The translations under genes and the position numbers were made by a program. The notes under the pieces are model-generated. The model made no database searches. It was given only the letters and a program-made list of their open reading frames with translations, and had not been told where the DNA came from. From Eledone cirrhosa (Eukaryota), in the NCBI GenBank assembly GCA_964016885.1, contig OZ024743.1, positions 20,770,001 through 20,834,000 on the forward strand: DNA of 64,000 nucleotides. The letters are read 5' to 3'. This document shows positions 38,613 through 52,282 of this stretch, in pieces (positions within the stretch are counted from its first letter, which is position 1; each line of letters starts with the position of its first letter).

Positions 38613-40759
38613 ATTACAAAACATGTGGGATGTATATGTATATATCAACATTATCATTTAACATCTATTTTCCTTGTTAGCAAGGGTTGAACAGGCAATC
38701 ATAAACCATGTCAATACTCAAGTGGAGCTACTGACCTCACCGATGTGCCAAAGACCTGAGTCTCACTTACATACATTCCTGCGCTTTACTGAGTGCTCTG
38801 ATGGGCTGAGTGTCCTTCCTACCACTAACCACTTTACAGTGTGTACTGGATGCATTTGTCATGTAAATCCTCAACACTAGGTGGGGTTATTATATTTTTG
38901 ACACAACAAGTCCTCTTTACCCTTTTTTGGCATGCTTTCAACAGCAAGATGCTTTTGCTATCAGTAGATTAAAACATGTTAAACATTAGTACTTAAGTGA
39001 GACAATACCACCTAGGTCAGTTACCAAGACACTCTGCAACTCTGCTGTTCTTCAATTCTAATCACTTTCTCCAAATCTGCATGTGTGCAGCATTAGTCAA
39101 ACCACAAAGACCCTCATATTGTTTGGGTAGAATACCTTAACATGTTGATTAACTGTTTCTATGGTCTTCACTCTCAATCTAACATTTTAGGGTTGGGTAT
39201 ACTCATTTCCTGTCTTCTCAATTAGCAGAATATTTCTCTTGCTCTCCTTTAAGATATTTAACAGCTCCTTCAGATTCAAGCTGCTAGTTTAATCAAACAT
39301 AATTCTCAGGTATTGTGAGTGAACAAGCACCACTTGTCTTTGCTTCCATGGAGGTTATACATAGTGGTAGTAGCAATCAGATTCATGAACTTCACCTCAG
39401 GGCTGTATAGCTGTCAATGCAATTTGAACTCAAAAGATAATGAACCAAAACAAATAACCCCAAAGTGATTTGCTGGATATGCTAACAATTTTGCCAATCC
39501 ATCACCTTATAATAATGATCATGATGATATTGGTTTCTGTCAATAATGCCATTGATCTTGTATCATTTTAGCCACCATTAATCAGATGGTACCAGGTTAC
39601 GAAATGTTTTGTTAACTCTTCAACTATTTGGACAATTTTCAACAATATCTTTCTCTTCATAATTTCACTTTCATACATCTGTATTTTCCGTGTCTGCTTA
39701 TATGATTCCACATTATTATTATTATTATTTTTAATAATTATCTTGCTCTCTTGCTGTCAACCTCTGCCATTTCTCTACCTATGCTGCCAATCACTATTGG
39801 CACAGTCTTTACCACATTTGTTCATACTTTTATTCATCTCAAAATTTAAATACTGGTCAGTTTCCCGTTTATTTCCATTTTCCTTGAATTTATTTCTCCC
39901 TGGAGCAGATTATATCAATAATCCATCCGAAAATTAAATTTGGTTTCCTCTTTTTGACTGCTTAGCACGTACTGTATTCTAGTTTCCATCATAATTTCTT
40001 TTCTTTATTTTCTTTCACCATTTATCCTTTCCAAATTTGGCTTATGTTTCACTGCCTGTTTTCCACTAATCCATTTTTCAAAACCATGTTATATTTCCCA
40101 TGTAAGTTTCCCAGTATATAGCTTTTCTTCTCATAGTATACGCTGAACTAATTCCTTTTATTCATTGCAAAATCTGCAGACATCTGACATTTTCTTTTGT
40201 TTTAAGAGTTTTAATAATATAGTTTCCAGATATATATCTAGAATAGCATTTTACTTTAGTTTACTGTGCCATCTAAAACACTATATAAATGTCCTTGCCA
40301 AATCAACAACTGTTTACTTACTGAAAAATGTTTAATTTTTGAAACTGTTTACACCATATTTATGATTGCTTTTACTCTTCAGAAATGGAACACTACAGAG
40401 TCTGTACTTTATTCTGTCTTTTGGACTTATTTCAATTCAAAAGTCCACCTTCTCCACCTCAATCCCTCCAACTATTCCTTCACTCTCCAAGTGCCCCCTC
40501 CATTAACTTTCCCTGTATAACCTATGCCGACACAACGACGATTCACCTTTATTGCCCAATCCATGTCAGCATGGAAGAAGGATGTACTTCTTACTCTCAC
40601 CCACAAGACTGATTCACTTTCTTTGTCCAACTTATACCAGCCTAGAAAGCCAGGTATATCTCACAATATACAGCTAGACACAGCTCATTCCCTTCTAGGA
40701 AATCTCCATGACCTAACACTTCCACTGGTATGATCTCCCCTATTTTCACCAATGCTTCC

Positions 40760-41052
40760 TTAGTGCTGGTGCCATGATAAAAATGCACCCAGCCCATTCT
40801 GTAAAGTGATAGCTCTGGTGCCATAATTAAAAGTATGCATGCCACTTTATAAGGTGGTAATACCAGAGTTATAACAAAATGTTCCCAGTACATGTTGTAA
40901 AGTGTTTGATGATAGGAAGGGCATCAAGTCATAAAAAAAACAAGTCAAAAATGATGTGTATGAGCAGGACATGGTCACCTGACTTGTCTAGCCTCAGTTC
41001 CTGACAACCCATCTAACCCATGCAAACAGAAAATAAATTTTAAGCAGTGGTG
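40760..41052 (+). mobile_element. Degenerate RTE-related 3' module / SINE body
   Basis: GGTGCCA...TGTAAAGTG (twice), AGGAAGGGCATC, CTAACCCATGC. Confidence 0.6.
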
Positions 41053-42442
41053 ATAAAATAGATTTTGTTTTACTTTTGTTTTTCTGCTAATATATTGACT
41101 TTTACACAAAGCAGCTAAAGTATTCTATAAATTGAGACCTGTTTAAAAACAGGGCACACTTTAATGAGACTGTGTTACCCTCTGGAGTGTGAGAAATGTA
41201 GATAGCTTCTGAAAATGGTTCCAATAAGAACTGAAACTTCAAGTAAGCTGTTCATCTTTTTCATTCTACGGAGAAATGCGTAAATAAGGCATGTTTACAC
41301 TTATAAAATGTTTGTGTTTACATACATATATCTCACAACTTCGGTTATATCCTGTGTTGTTTCATTACAGAAACACATTTATTATATACCAATGTTGAGA
41401 CAAGCTTTTCTTGAATATATATTATATCTTATCCTGCCATGACCTATTAGATTTAAGATAATAGAGTATTTTACTTTGTGATTCTGTGGCCTTTTGTAAT
41501 ATTTTCATTCACCTTCTATGTACAATTCTTTCTTTCATCTTTCTGTCTATTCTCTTCATTGGTAAACCTCACATACTTTCCAATTCTTAATACAGCATTC
41601 ACTTCCCTTTGAATAGAATAGTATTCTTTTGTTATGATCTCTCTTTTATTCAGTTCTGATCCATCCACCCCTAGTCATTGCTGTATAACATACCTATCTT
41701 ATATTATTTTTTGTATATTTTTTCATGCTTTTGTCAATTCTGCCAATGTTCTTCCTTTACATTAATAACCATTCTCTTGTTTCCATGTTGTTTTAAGAAA
41801 GTGTCTGGATATAACGTTTTCGGCTAGATGTAGAATTTCTTTTATTTGAGCCCACAGATCTGAATAACAAATTTATTCATCTTGATATTCCAATTCAAAA
41901 TAAGCTTCTAAGGTGCCTGAAATTTATAGTTTAGACAATGTATTAAAAGAAGATAAAAATGACGATAAATCAACTATTGCTATATTGAAAGAGAAATGAT
42001 GGCTCAGTAGTAAAGACTTTATCTCTTTTGAATACATTTTTAGAATTAACTAGTTCCTTTTTGTTCGTGTAATACTCTTTAGATTACAAACATGTAGTTC
42101 TAGCACATATTTGTTTACTTTTTATATAAAAGGTTCTGTTGTATTAGTTGGTTAAATTCTGAATAAAGAAGCAGTTGTTATTGTAAATCATATCAATATA
42201 GGTCTCTCTTTAGTCAATAAGAATATTCACTAATAAAGAATTTCAGTAACGCTCTCAAGAAACATGGTAAACAATTTTCTATTTTCTAAATTATCAAATA
42301 TATATATCTCAGATATATTACATATTAGTTCCATTATATATAAAAAGCTTAATTAATTATAACACTTAATATAAGTTATTTTGTAATCTTTCTCTAAGTG
42401 GATAAAATCTAAGACTTGGTCGTCATTATTCTATGAAGCTAA

Positions 42443-42636
42443 GGATGGTGGATTGGCAGTATCGGTAGAGAGTCGGACGCCTTGCTTTGCAGCAAAGAGT
42501 TATGTCCCTTTATGATCTGAGTTCAAATCCCGCCGAGGTTAACTTTGCCTTTCATCCTTATGGGGTCGATAAAATAAAGTACCAGTAATACCCTGGGATA
42601 ATTGCTTGCCTTGTGCCAAAAGTAGAAACAATTATT
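42443..42636 (+). mobile_element. SINE family 1, full length, 17-bp TSD
   Basis: ATTATTCTATGAAGCTA at 42425-42441 and 42631-42647. Confidence 0.9.
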
Positions 42637-42718
42637 CTATGAAGCTACTTTGAAAAGGTGAAAGAAGTATAGTTCAAGAATGGGAAGTAAATCCCTTTGT
42701 TCTGAAAAGCTGTCTTTG

Positions 42719-42760
<42 letters not shown>

Positions 42761-42844
42761 CAAAGACAGCTTTTCAGAACAAAGGGATTTACTTCCCATT
42801 CTTGAACTATACTTCTTTCACCTTTTCAAAGTAGCTTCATAGAA
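42635..42844. repeat. Perfect 210-bp palindrome (about 85-bp arms around (TA)20)
   Basis: 42635-42719 is the exact reverse complement of 42760-42844. Confidence 0.95.
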
Positions 42845-42856
42845 ATATATATATAT

Positions 42857-43114
42857 ATCATCATCATCATTTTACGTCCGCTTTTCCCTGCTTGCAAGGG
42901 TGGGACGGGAACTGACTCTGGCTTGATTTCTACAGCAGGATGCCCTTCCTAACACCAACCTCATTTACAGTGAGTGCTGGGTGCTTTTTTTGCCGTGGCA
43001 CCTCCACGACCACTTTGCAGTGGAATGATATCATCTCATTTCTACAGCTGAGTAAACTGGAGCAATGTGAAATAAAGTGTCTTGCTCAAGGAAACAACAC
43101 ATCACCCGGTCTGA

Positions 43115-43116
<2 letters not shown>
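42857..43116 (-). mobile_element. SINE family 2, lacking most of the tRNA head
   Basis: Matches 3858-4184; (TA)n on both sides. Confidence 0.85.
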
Positions 43117-43148
<32 letters not shown>

Positions 43149-43944
43149 CAAAATTGTAGTTATGAATTGTTTAAATGGAATAATTCAATATAAGTAGCTT
43201 TCTTTTTTATATGATTACTTAGAATAGAGATATATAAAATTCTAACTTTGGAGCATGTTCATGAATAATTTTCATTTAAAAATATTTAATTATTGCCTTC
43301 TTAATGTTTCATTATATATAATTTGTTATAAGTATTTTACCTAAGGAAGGCCTTTCCATTTCACAGTGGATATCACAACAAACAAAGTAAGCAAGATCTG
43401 AAAAACATAGAATCAGAAGATAATGTGACCATACATTGGCCCAATATAGAATAACAGACAAACTTAAGTAAATGTACAACAACATTGAGGAGTTGAATAA
43501 CCTGCCACCCCATATATTATACTATGCTGTTTTAATGAGGCTAAAGAGTAAACCAAGAAATCTTAGCTGGGGCATCAAAGATTCAAAAAAGCAATATTCT
43601 CACTAGCAAAGGCTACACTTACATCCTACCAGTTGTGTCATATGGTCTTGATTGTATTAATTGGACGACAGGGTCATTCCAGAGGCTCTCTACATTCCAG
43701 TACCACATTGTGTGCTTTTCAAATTCTATTTTCATTTTCTTTAGTTTATAAAGGTGGCATTCCTAAGAGATATTACTGATAGCTCTGTTGGATTTAATAC
43801 TAGAACAACATGTTACATTTTTAATGATCTCAGTTAGTTCTCCTCAAATAGAACAGTTAAATGGAAATAGCATTTTAAAGGTTTGGGAATAAATAATAAC
43901 TCAAACTCACCAGATATATCGTGTTTCGGTTAGTTTTTTTGTTC

Positions 43945-44826
43945 TTCTTCGCCCACATATTCCTGAGAGGGTTGTGAGGGCTGAGTCCTCAAACCAAACA
44001 CTCCTTCCTGCAAGTCCTGTCAGAAGCCACCATCTCCAATTGTTCCAGCTGGTTCCCCAAGTGAGACCAACCAAGCTCATGCATATTATCCAACCATCTT
44101 GCTTGGGGTCTATCGCTGGATCTCCTGCCAGTTGATGTTGCCTCAGACATTCTAACCATATGCCCATAATATCAGAGCTGTGATCTCTCAATTTGGCAAA
44201 GCAGCAGCTCTATATGGAGTGACTCTCTGATCTCCAAGCTATGCATTGTATCAAGTAACATTACTCCAAAGACCCTTCGGATGAACCTCATTTTGGCCTC
44301 TTATATTCATGATTGTATTCTTTCGGTCATTACCCAAGATTACGTAAGGGTTAGCACAAATACCGAATTGAAGATAGCGAGTTTGGCTTTTACACCTACC
44401 TCCCTTCTTCTGATTAACGAATGCTGAATCTGGTGCATTACTCACAGGCTCTTGCAATTCTTGCACTTAATTCAACCTCCAGCCTTCAATCACTCGTGAA
44501 CACGGCCCTGAGATACTTGAACTTCTTTACCTGCTTCAGTGGAACTCCATTCACATGTAGAGTGCACTTCACAGGCTTCTTTGAAAGGACAAGTGTCTCA
44601 GTTTTCACAGCACTGATTTTCATTCCAGCCATGCAGCACTTGGCATCAAACCTATCAAGTGCAACTCGGAGACCATATTCTGTTGAGTTAAGTAACACCA
44701 TGTCACATGCAAATTCCAGCTGACTGATTTTATACCTGCCAGTCATGATACCACTTCCAACCTGGCTGTGCATGTCAATCCTGTTCAGGAAAATATTAAA
44801 CAGGAGAGGTGACAGTACACACCCGT
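43945..44826 (-). mobile_element. Degenerate RTE-like LINE
   Basis: VLSPLLFNIF, LEFACDMVLL, GMKISAVKTETLVL, QVKKFKYL. Confidence 0.8.
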
Positions 44827-45118
44827 GAATGAAATTTGTGAAGTTTTATCAATTTATATTTTATCAAAGGAAACCAGATATCATCCTATTACATCTGCTT
44901 TTCTATGCTTGTATGAGATAGGTGGGTCTTTTCAATCATAACTTCCTGTGATCTACAATGTTCTTTGATTTTTCTTGCCAGGTTCAGTGTTTTGACATCT
45001 GCTCTTACCACTTTTGCTCAGGTCTTCTTTGGCCCTCCTCCACTGAAGCTTCTCTCTTGTACACAGCATTTGATATCTCTTATACTCAGTTTTTCTCTTT
45101 GCCCATCCATGTCACTTT

Positions 45119-45355
45119 ATCATCATCATCACCGTTTTACATCCATTTTTCGACACTGGCATGAGTTAGACGAGTTATCCTGTTGTGAGCAATGCTAGGT
45201 CAGCTGACTATGTCTTGCTCATACAGAACTGATTTTGGCTTGGTTTCTACAGCTGGATGCCCTTCCTAGCGCTAACCTCATTTACAATGAGTTCTGGGTG
45301 CTTTTTGTCATGACGCCTACACAATCACTTTACAGTGTGGACTGGGTGCTTTTTA
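45119..45355 (-). mobile_element. RTE-related 3' module (family A 3' UTR-like)
   Basis: Aligns with 4258-4495. Confidence 0.75.
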
Positions 45356-46244
45356 ATATCAGACATCTATCTAATTATGCTCACCTCATTTGTTTCCATC
45401 CTTAACATATACACCAATGTAGAGTTCTCCCAATTAGTTTTTAAATTTAGTTGACAAATAGAAAACATCGATGTGAATATTAATAATTGTTTATTTAGTC
45501 AACAGCTTCTGTCTCAGACAAATTATTGCTAATATATGTATACTGTATATACTTGAGTAATAGTCGATTTCATTTAAAAGTTGCTCCACCCCTCTATTTT
45601 TGGCCAAAATATCTGGAATTTTCCATAGGCCTCATATAAAAGTCAACCCTAGTATTTCACAGGTAAGAGCTCAACTTTTGTGGGCCACAGTATCATCCTG
45701 TATGTAGAAATAACACTGTTACAGAATCGTCATAAATTTAAGGCAAATTTATATTATTGCAAATATATGTTTGAAACTAAAAAATTACCTACATGTGTAT
45801 CTACCTTACTATAGCCTGTCCTATAGCTGAAATGCTTGGTTCTAATAGTGGAATGCTCAATGCATATTTCAAAGCACATCTGTTTATGGATTGTGTTATT
45901 TATAGGACATGTGTTTTGATGCATAGAATTGGTAATATTACTATAATTCATTGTTTTTGTTTTTATTCCTTTAGAGATCATTTGGGCTTCAGCTACTGGT
46001 ACGGTATTTTGGATTCTAGCTTGAATTTCAAGCCCCTCAAACATAGTAAACATGTAATAGTCGACCTCATAAAGTTAACCTTAAAAAATGGTCCAAATTT
46101 GACTTTTACACAAATATATATATATTAGCTATAATATAAAAATGCAGCAAATTTTTCTCACCATCTATAATAGGCAGACTTTGAACATTTTTACCCCATG
46201 GTAACTTATTGTCGATGTGTAGTAAAATTTCTTTATGTCTAACT

Positions 46245-46400
46245 ATGGATGAGCCAATGAACAATTTCCACTGTTCAGGATGGTGATCAATGCTAAAGTC
46301 GCAATAAGCCTGTCAACATCATTACATCCTACAAGGTCACTTTTTCTAGTCATAAATAAGGGATGGGAAGTAGTCCTTGTTTTCTTTTGCTTTTCTCCAA
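46245..46400 (-). mobile_element. Chapaev3-like (CMC) DNA transposase relic
   Basis: With one frameshift reads SDLVGCNDVDRLIATL-IDHHPEQWKLFIGSS, resembling the recalled Chapaev3 motif CNDV...EWRLFIDSS. Confidence 0.5.
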
Positions 46401-49019
46401 CTTTCCACCAACCTTCCAGTTTCTCGAACTGCAAATGAGGTATCAAATTTTGAAGGTAGTATCTGAATAAATTCTAGCAGACAATAGAATATTCCTAATC
46501 TCAGATCCTCCATTGAGACTATTCAGCATTACAAAGTATGTCACTCATCTTTTCCTTGTAGCCAGTAATGAAAATAGGGTAGTATGCAGGTTGATGGTGT
46601 ACCTCTACTTTTCAGTTTCTGGGAGAATGAGGGGCCATTCTCAGCCCCACTGACCTTAGCATATTCTTAGTTTCTGAAGCCCATTTCCATCATTGGTTCT
46701 ATTGCAAGAAAATACATTGTGCACATTTATTGTTCATTTTGTCCAATGTATGTGGTGAGATAACCAAAATATCAGCTTAAATTTACTGGCTTGACTGTAT
46801 TTGATATAGTGTTTCAATTGATTTTTATTTAGCTGTTTTTATTATGAGCCCGAGGGTTATAATTATTGTTGTTATAGTTGCTACTATATTTGATTTTATG
46901 TTCATTTTGTTGCTGTTTTATTTATAATTATAAGAATTTATCAATTCTTCAGTGTCTTTGGTATTTACACTACTTAATCTCTGCTTCCTCCCCAAAATGT
47001 TTATTTCATTGTTTTTCTTTTTTGATTAAGAATATTATTTTCTTTATTTAAGCTCATTAAATTTCATCTCCATCATCATAATTTTGCATCCGTTTTGCCA
47101 TGTTTGCATGGGTTGGCGGATTCCTTACCAGCACAGCTTAGCCTCCACTTACAATGTTCCTTCATTATCTCCTTTCTGATATTCAGAATTTTGTGATCAG
47201 CCCTAACTATCTCTACCCAGATCTTTCTTGGTCCAGCTTCCTTTTGCTGGCAGCACCTGTCATTTCTTCATCCAGTATTCATGATCCTTATGCATCACAT
47301 GACCAGACCAGTGCAGTCTTCTTGCACACTACATCTGATTCTTCTTATATCCAGTGTCCTCTCTCAGTTCATCTGCACCTCATTGTTCATGCACACTGAA
47401 ATACAAGGGCAGAATTGGGTAAACATTTATGATGTAAAATGTACTCGGTATTGATTTGTCAAGAATGTAGAGAAAAATTTAGAAAAAATAAATTAGGTTT
47501 CTATCTTGTGATCAAAACTTCACTAAATTAAATATTGCGTTTCTAAGAAAAAATTGAGGGTAGAAAATTTGAGTGATTACACAATATGTCACAATAATAT
47601 CAGGGTTTTTTTCAATTCATGATTAAAACAACTATTATCAATGGTTTAATTTATAATTATTTCTCGAAAATATCAAGGATTGTTTAAAAAGACTACATTT
47701 GTTCCAAAAAATTATCTCCTTTTTTGGACCATTCATGGCACACTAACAGATTGAATATAAGATAATCAAGGCTGGATCCCAAAGGAGGCTATTGGTTTTG
47801 CAAGATACTAACCTTTTAAGTACTTTGGATACGCTTTATTTTGGCACCATATTGCAGGATTTTGCTCTGATTTGGGGATAATTTGGGTATCTAGGTCTAT
47901 ACATGAATTTTAATAAGCTCTAATTTAGCAACATCAGCACATCCAATTTTTTTTTGCTTTGAGCAGGTAAAGGTGAAGAAAGATTGCAAAACCGGGGATA
48001 AAGACAACTGATTGTGGGAGAAATGAAATGCAAAGTAGCAGAAATATCACAATTTTTTATAATGAAGTTTACACTGTCATGAAACTAAGAATTGTACTAA
48101 AAAGGACTAAAATCAGGGGATTGAGTGAAAATCTTACCATGATTATCGTAGAAAGGTGACCCCCATTATGGTGCTCATCCCCCTTCATGAGAGTATTTTA
48201 ATAAGGAAACCTCTTTTTTGTATTCAATTACTGTTTGAGGGAAGACGAAGCTTGTTAAAGGTATATTATAGTTCTCTTACCATGATTCTAATGAATTCTG
48301 CCTTGCCCTCCAAATCTATCCCAATGTGTTGTGCACATTAACATTACACAGCTAATGGAGCATGCTTACTTCATTTCTTTTCAGTTTCCGTATAACCACT
48401 GCATTTGATGCCTATGCCTTACAGCCATGCAAGTTATCACCCAGGCATCATATAATCTTTTCACAAGACAGTGTAGTTGAGAGTAAGTCTTGAACTATCA
48501 TCAGACAATTGCCAAGGAACTGACCAGTATGGTGGACATGTGACATCAGCAGAGGAACTAGACTTGAGTCAATGAGGATTCATACTAAATAATGAGTAGA
48601 CAAAGGTCATGTCAATGGTCAAATGCAAAAGATTTCATTGAGTGAATGACTGGAGCATGCATCAATATGTAGTATTGGATGCATGTATCACTGTACAATC
48701 GAAACTCATAAATGAGCAGTCTCAGAAATTTAAACACCATGCTACGTCAGTTTCCCCGGCAGCGACGCGCAAGCAAATGGGTCGTCGGCGGCGGACTCGT
48801 AACACATCGTTGGCGGAAGACGCAGTGGAGGTGGAGTTGTGGAAGCTCTCAATCTAATTACTTCTCTGTACTTTTTAAACATTTTCCCCAGAATCCTTCT
48901 TGTAACGCTAAACTCTACCAGTTGCAGACTGCACATCAACATGAGATATTTTTCTCTACCAAATTTGATCATCAGCAGCAGAGTTCAAAGAGCAAAGATC
49001 AAGTCCAGTACATAAGTTG

Positions 49020-49390
49020 ACATTATCAAGCCATCGTTTTGGATGTTGGCCTCTGCTTCTCTTACCAGCCAACCTTCCTTTCAGGCATAACCTACTCACA
49101 CCAAGAGTTGATCTTTTTAGATGACCGTATAGTTTGAGTACTCTTGACTTGACAATTGATGTAATTGGTCTAAGTTTGGTAATGTTGAGCTGCTCACTGA
49201 TTCAGATATGATCGCTGAACTGCTTGCCAGTCATAAGTCTCATGATGTGGCTCTGGAATGTAGAGAGCTTCTGAAGTGAACTTGTTGTCCAATTAACACA
49301 GTCAAGACCATATAACACAACTGGTAGGATGTAAGTGTCAAAGATCTTAGCCTTCAAATGACAGTTCCTTGAATGTGTAAACATCATAAG
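49020..49390 (-). mobile_element. RTE-like LINE C-terminal fragment
   Basis: KAKIFDTYILPVVLYG...LKLYGHLKR...GKRSRG..PKRWLDN. Confidence 0.75.
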
Positions 49391-50719
49391 TGTTCATGAT
49401 TGCACATATTTTGTTCATATAGTGGTATAGTAGGAGGAACTCTTCTGTTAAAGTACAGACGTGTAATCAGTTATATTCCTCCATATATTCCCTCACAGTT
49501 GGTGAAGTACTGTTTACAAAGAATTTATATTTTTCAAACCAATTCTCTATTTTTAAAAAAAGAATTATTTCTCACTCTAGACAAATTAAGACACTATAAA
49601 GAATGAAATTTTTGTGTTCATTTTTTTTTATTCGTTTGAAAAATTAGAAACCTTGCTTGACCAATGAATGTTTGATCTTTACAATTCTTCATACAATTCT
49701 TCCTTTTCATGAGATAAAGAATTAAGTTGCATTTGTGCTATGAATCTTCTTTATATGGATTCTGTTATGTCTTATAGTGTGGGCAATGGTAGAAATGTAG
49801 TTGTTATAGTTAATATTTGTTTGTTTAGTTTTTACTCTAATTGTTATTTGTTGCTGTGTCTGTTGATGTAGTATATTTTATTGTTGCTTTCACCTTTGCA
49901 ATTATTTTTTTTTCTAATATTTTGGCATTTCTGTCAACTATTGCTAGTGAGTGAGAAGATTATAGTAAGGTTATTCTTAATGAGCCTTAATTAAATTCTT
50001 AAAAGAAAATGAAAATAATTCAAGTAAATAAAAAGTATTGTTTTTTAGTTCTTTTCTCTATAACTTTGATATTAATGAAAAAGAAAGCACAGATTATGCA
50101 GTGGAAACAGAGAGGACATTAAAAGACTTGATGAAATGTTATAATTATAAGGAGAATTTTGCTAATGAACTCAAAGTTGAAACAAAATCTAAAGAATCTG
50201 AATTGGCATAACAGCTACTTTTATAGCATATGTATGATGGGGATAAGGATAATGGTTTCTAATTTAGGCACATGGCCAGCAATTTTTGGAGAAAGAGAAA
50301 ATTGGTTATATCGATCTGAGTTCCTTATGGGTACTTTATTTTATCAACCTTGGTCACATTTAAACTCAGAATGGAAAGAAGATCCAGAACATATATTACA
50401 AAGCATTTTTTTCCAATAATAACAATCCACTACCCAAGTAATGGTTTCTTTTATTGGTCACAAGGAACCAAATTATTATGGGCAGTACTAATACAAAATA
50501 TAACAACAAATAAGAAATAGTTGAAGTAAAATGTTGAGAACAACAATCAATAACAAGAAAGATATATAAGTAAATACATAATAATAAATAAACAAAAATA
50601 TAGAACAAATTAATTTCAAGCAACATTCCCCAAATGATTGAAACCACACAGGATAATTAAAGGCACCTACACAGCCAATAAATGCCTTCTCCCACTTTTT
50701 GAAGGGAATGGGGGAAGAG

Positions 50720-51355
50720 TCCTCAGACACACCTTCCAGATGGTCCAACCAGAATCAACTGTCTCTAAATAATATGGCTGGTTCTCCAAGAGAGATCAAC
50801 CAAGCTTGTGGATGTTATCCAACTACCTTGCTTAGGTCTTGTGCTGGTTGGCTTTTCCCATAAAATCTGTCCTGTGATTCTTTCCTTAGATATTCTAACC
50901 ACTTGCCCATAATACCAGAGCTGTGATGTCTTGATGTGGAAAAGTAGCAACACTATCAGGAGTGTCCTTCGATCTACACATCCTCTTTCAGGAGTGTCCT
51001 TCGATCTACACATCCTCTTAAGTAATATTACTCCAAAGAGCCTTCCAAGGAACCCCATTTTGGCCACTTGTATCCACAATTTTGTTTTTTGTCTTTACCC
51101 ACAATTCATGACTATAGGTAAGAATAGGCAGGAACACCAATTTGAAGATAGGGAGTTTGGCTTTTACGCCTACCACCCTTCTGATGACTGTGTGCTGAAG
51201 CTGGCATATTATTGCACCAGCTTCAGCAATTCTTACTTTCCATTACTTTTTAAAATGGCCTCGAGATATTTGAACTTCTCCACCTGCTTCAGTCTAACTC
51301 CTCTCATATAGAGAGCGCACTATGCAGACTTTCTCGCAAGGACAAATGTCTCCGC
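50720..51355 (-). mobile_element. Degenerate RTE-like LINE (same old family as 43945-44826)
   Basis: QVEKFKYL, SQLWYYGQVVRI; contains a 32-bp tandem duplication near 50957-51018. Confidence 0.75.
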
Positions 51356-52243
51356 ATTGATTATTAAATATTTTTTTATGCACCAGTAAGTGTCTGCACT
51401 TTTGGTGAAATATTCAAAACTATCACCTCAGGGTTTATGTATAGCTTCATTCACCTCTATTTTCATGTTTCAAATAAACTACATATCCAGCTGCTATGAC
51501 TTTCAAATTAGCTACATTTATTGGGTTACTTTTGTTTTTATTATTGATGTTTTTTTAATGTTTTAATCTATATTTTTGTTGTTGCTGTTGTTCTTGTTTT
51601 CTAGTTTCCTTTTGTTGTTGATGTCATTTATTTTATAAGACTTTTTGCTGATATTCTCAATGTTTTTGTTTTTAGACATGTTGATGTTAACATTTTTATT
51701 TTTTTCCACCTTCCATTGCATTGTTTTTATATTTATTTATTTTGCTTTTGCCTCTGGTAATGTTGTTGTTCCTACTGTTGTTTGTAATGGTTTTATTGTC
51801 ATCATTGTTGTTTTAGTAATATTTACAGCAATGCCATTTTCAACTTTACTGCAGAGTTGCATCATAAACATTGTTAGTGGTGCCAGAGTTAATATATAGG
51901 CATTTTTTTAAATATTCAGAAAATATTCAGAAAAACTAATTTTGTTTCCCTTTGAAAAGAAAAATGTTCAAGGTAGTTGACGGTTTAGCATTACTTCTAT
52001 CACAGCCATCATGGCTGCTCCACCTTTTTCAAACATCAAACTTGCTGTTATTTTTAATTAAAAAAACATTTCTTTGCTAGTTGAAGATGACAGGAAAATA
52101 ACTGTCTTTCCTAATTATGGGAGACACAAAGTTTATAAAACCTTTTCACTAAGAATGTTTTTAAACTACTATATTAATAAAATTTACAACTTCCATGTTG
52201 TAAACACACAGAGCGTCAATGTTTATAATTTAAACAGCTAGTA

Positions 52244-52247
<4 letters not shown>

Positions 52248-52281
<34 letters not shown>
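52248..52281. repeat. (AAT)n microsatellite
   Basis: Direct observation. Confidence 0.9.

Positions 52282-52282
<1 letters not shown>

Noticed and set aside
41805-41895. Minus-strand CCGAAAACGTTA motif resembling a hammerhead 3' half
   Set aside because: No CTGANGA core or stem II in the right position
47400-48100. Possible DNA-transposon terminal region
   Set aside because: Could not identify TIRs, TSD or coding motifs by eye
48385-48482. Candidate exon (TTTTCAG| ... |GTAAGT, one open frame, end phase compatible with the 57881 exon)
   Set aside because: Peptide FRITTAFDAYALQPCKLSPRHHIIFSQDSVVE lacks the G..FP strand expected just upstream in a Venus-flytrap domain; splice-like signals arise often by chance
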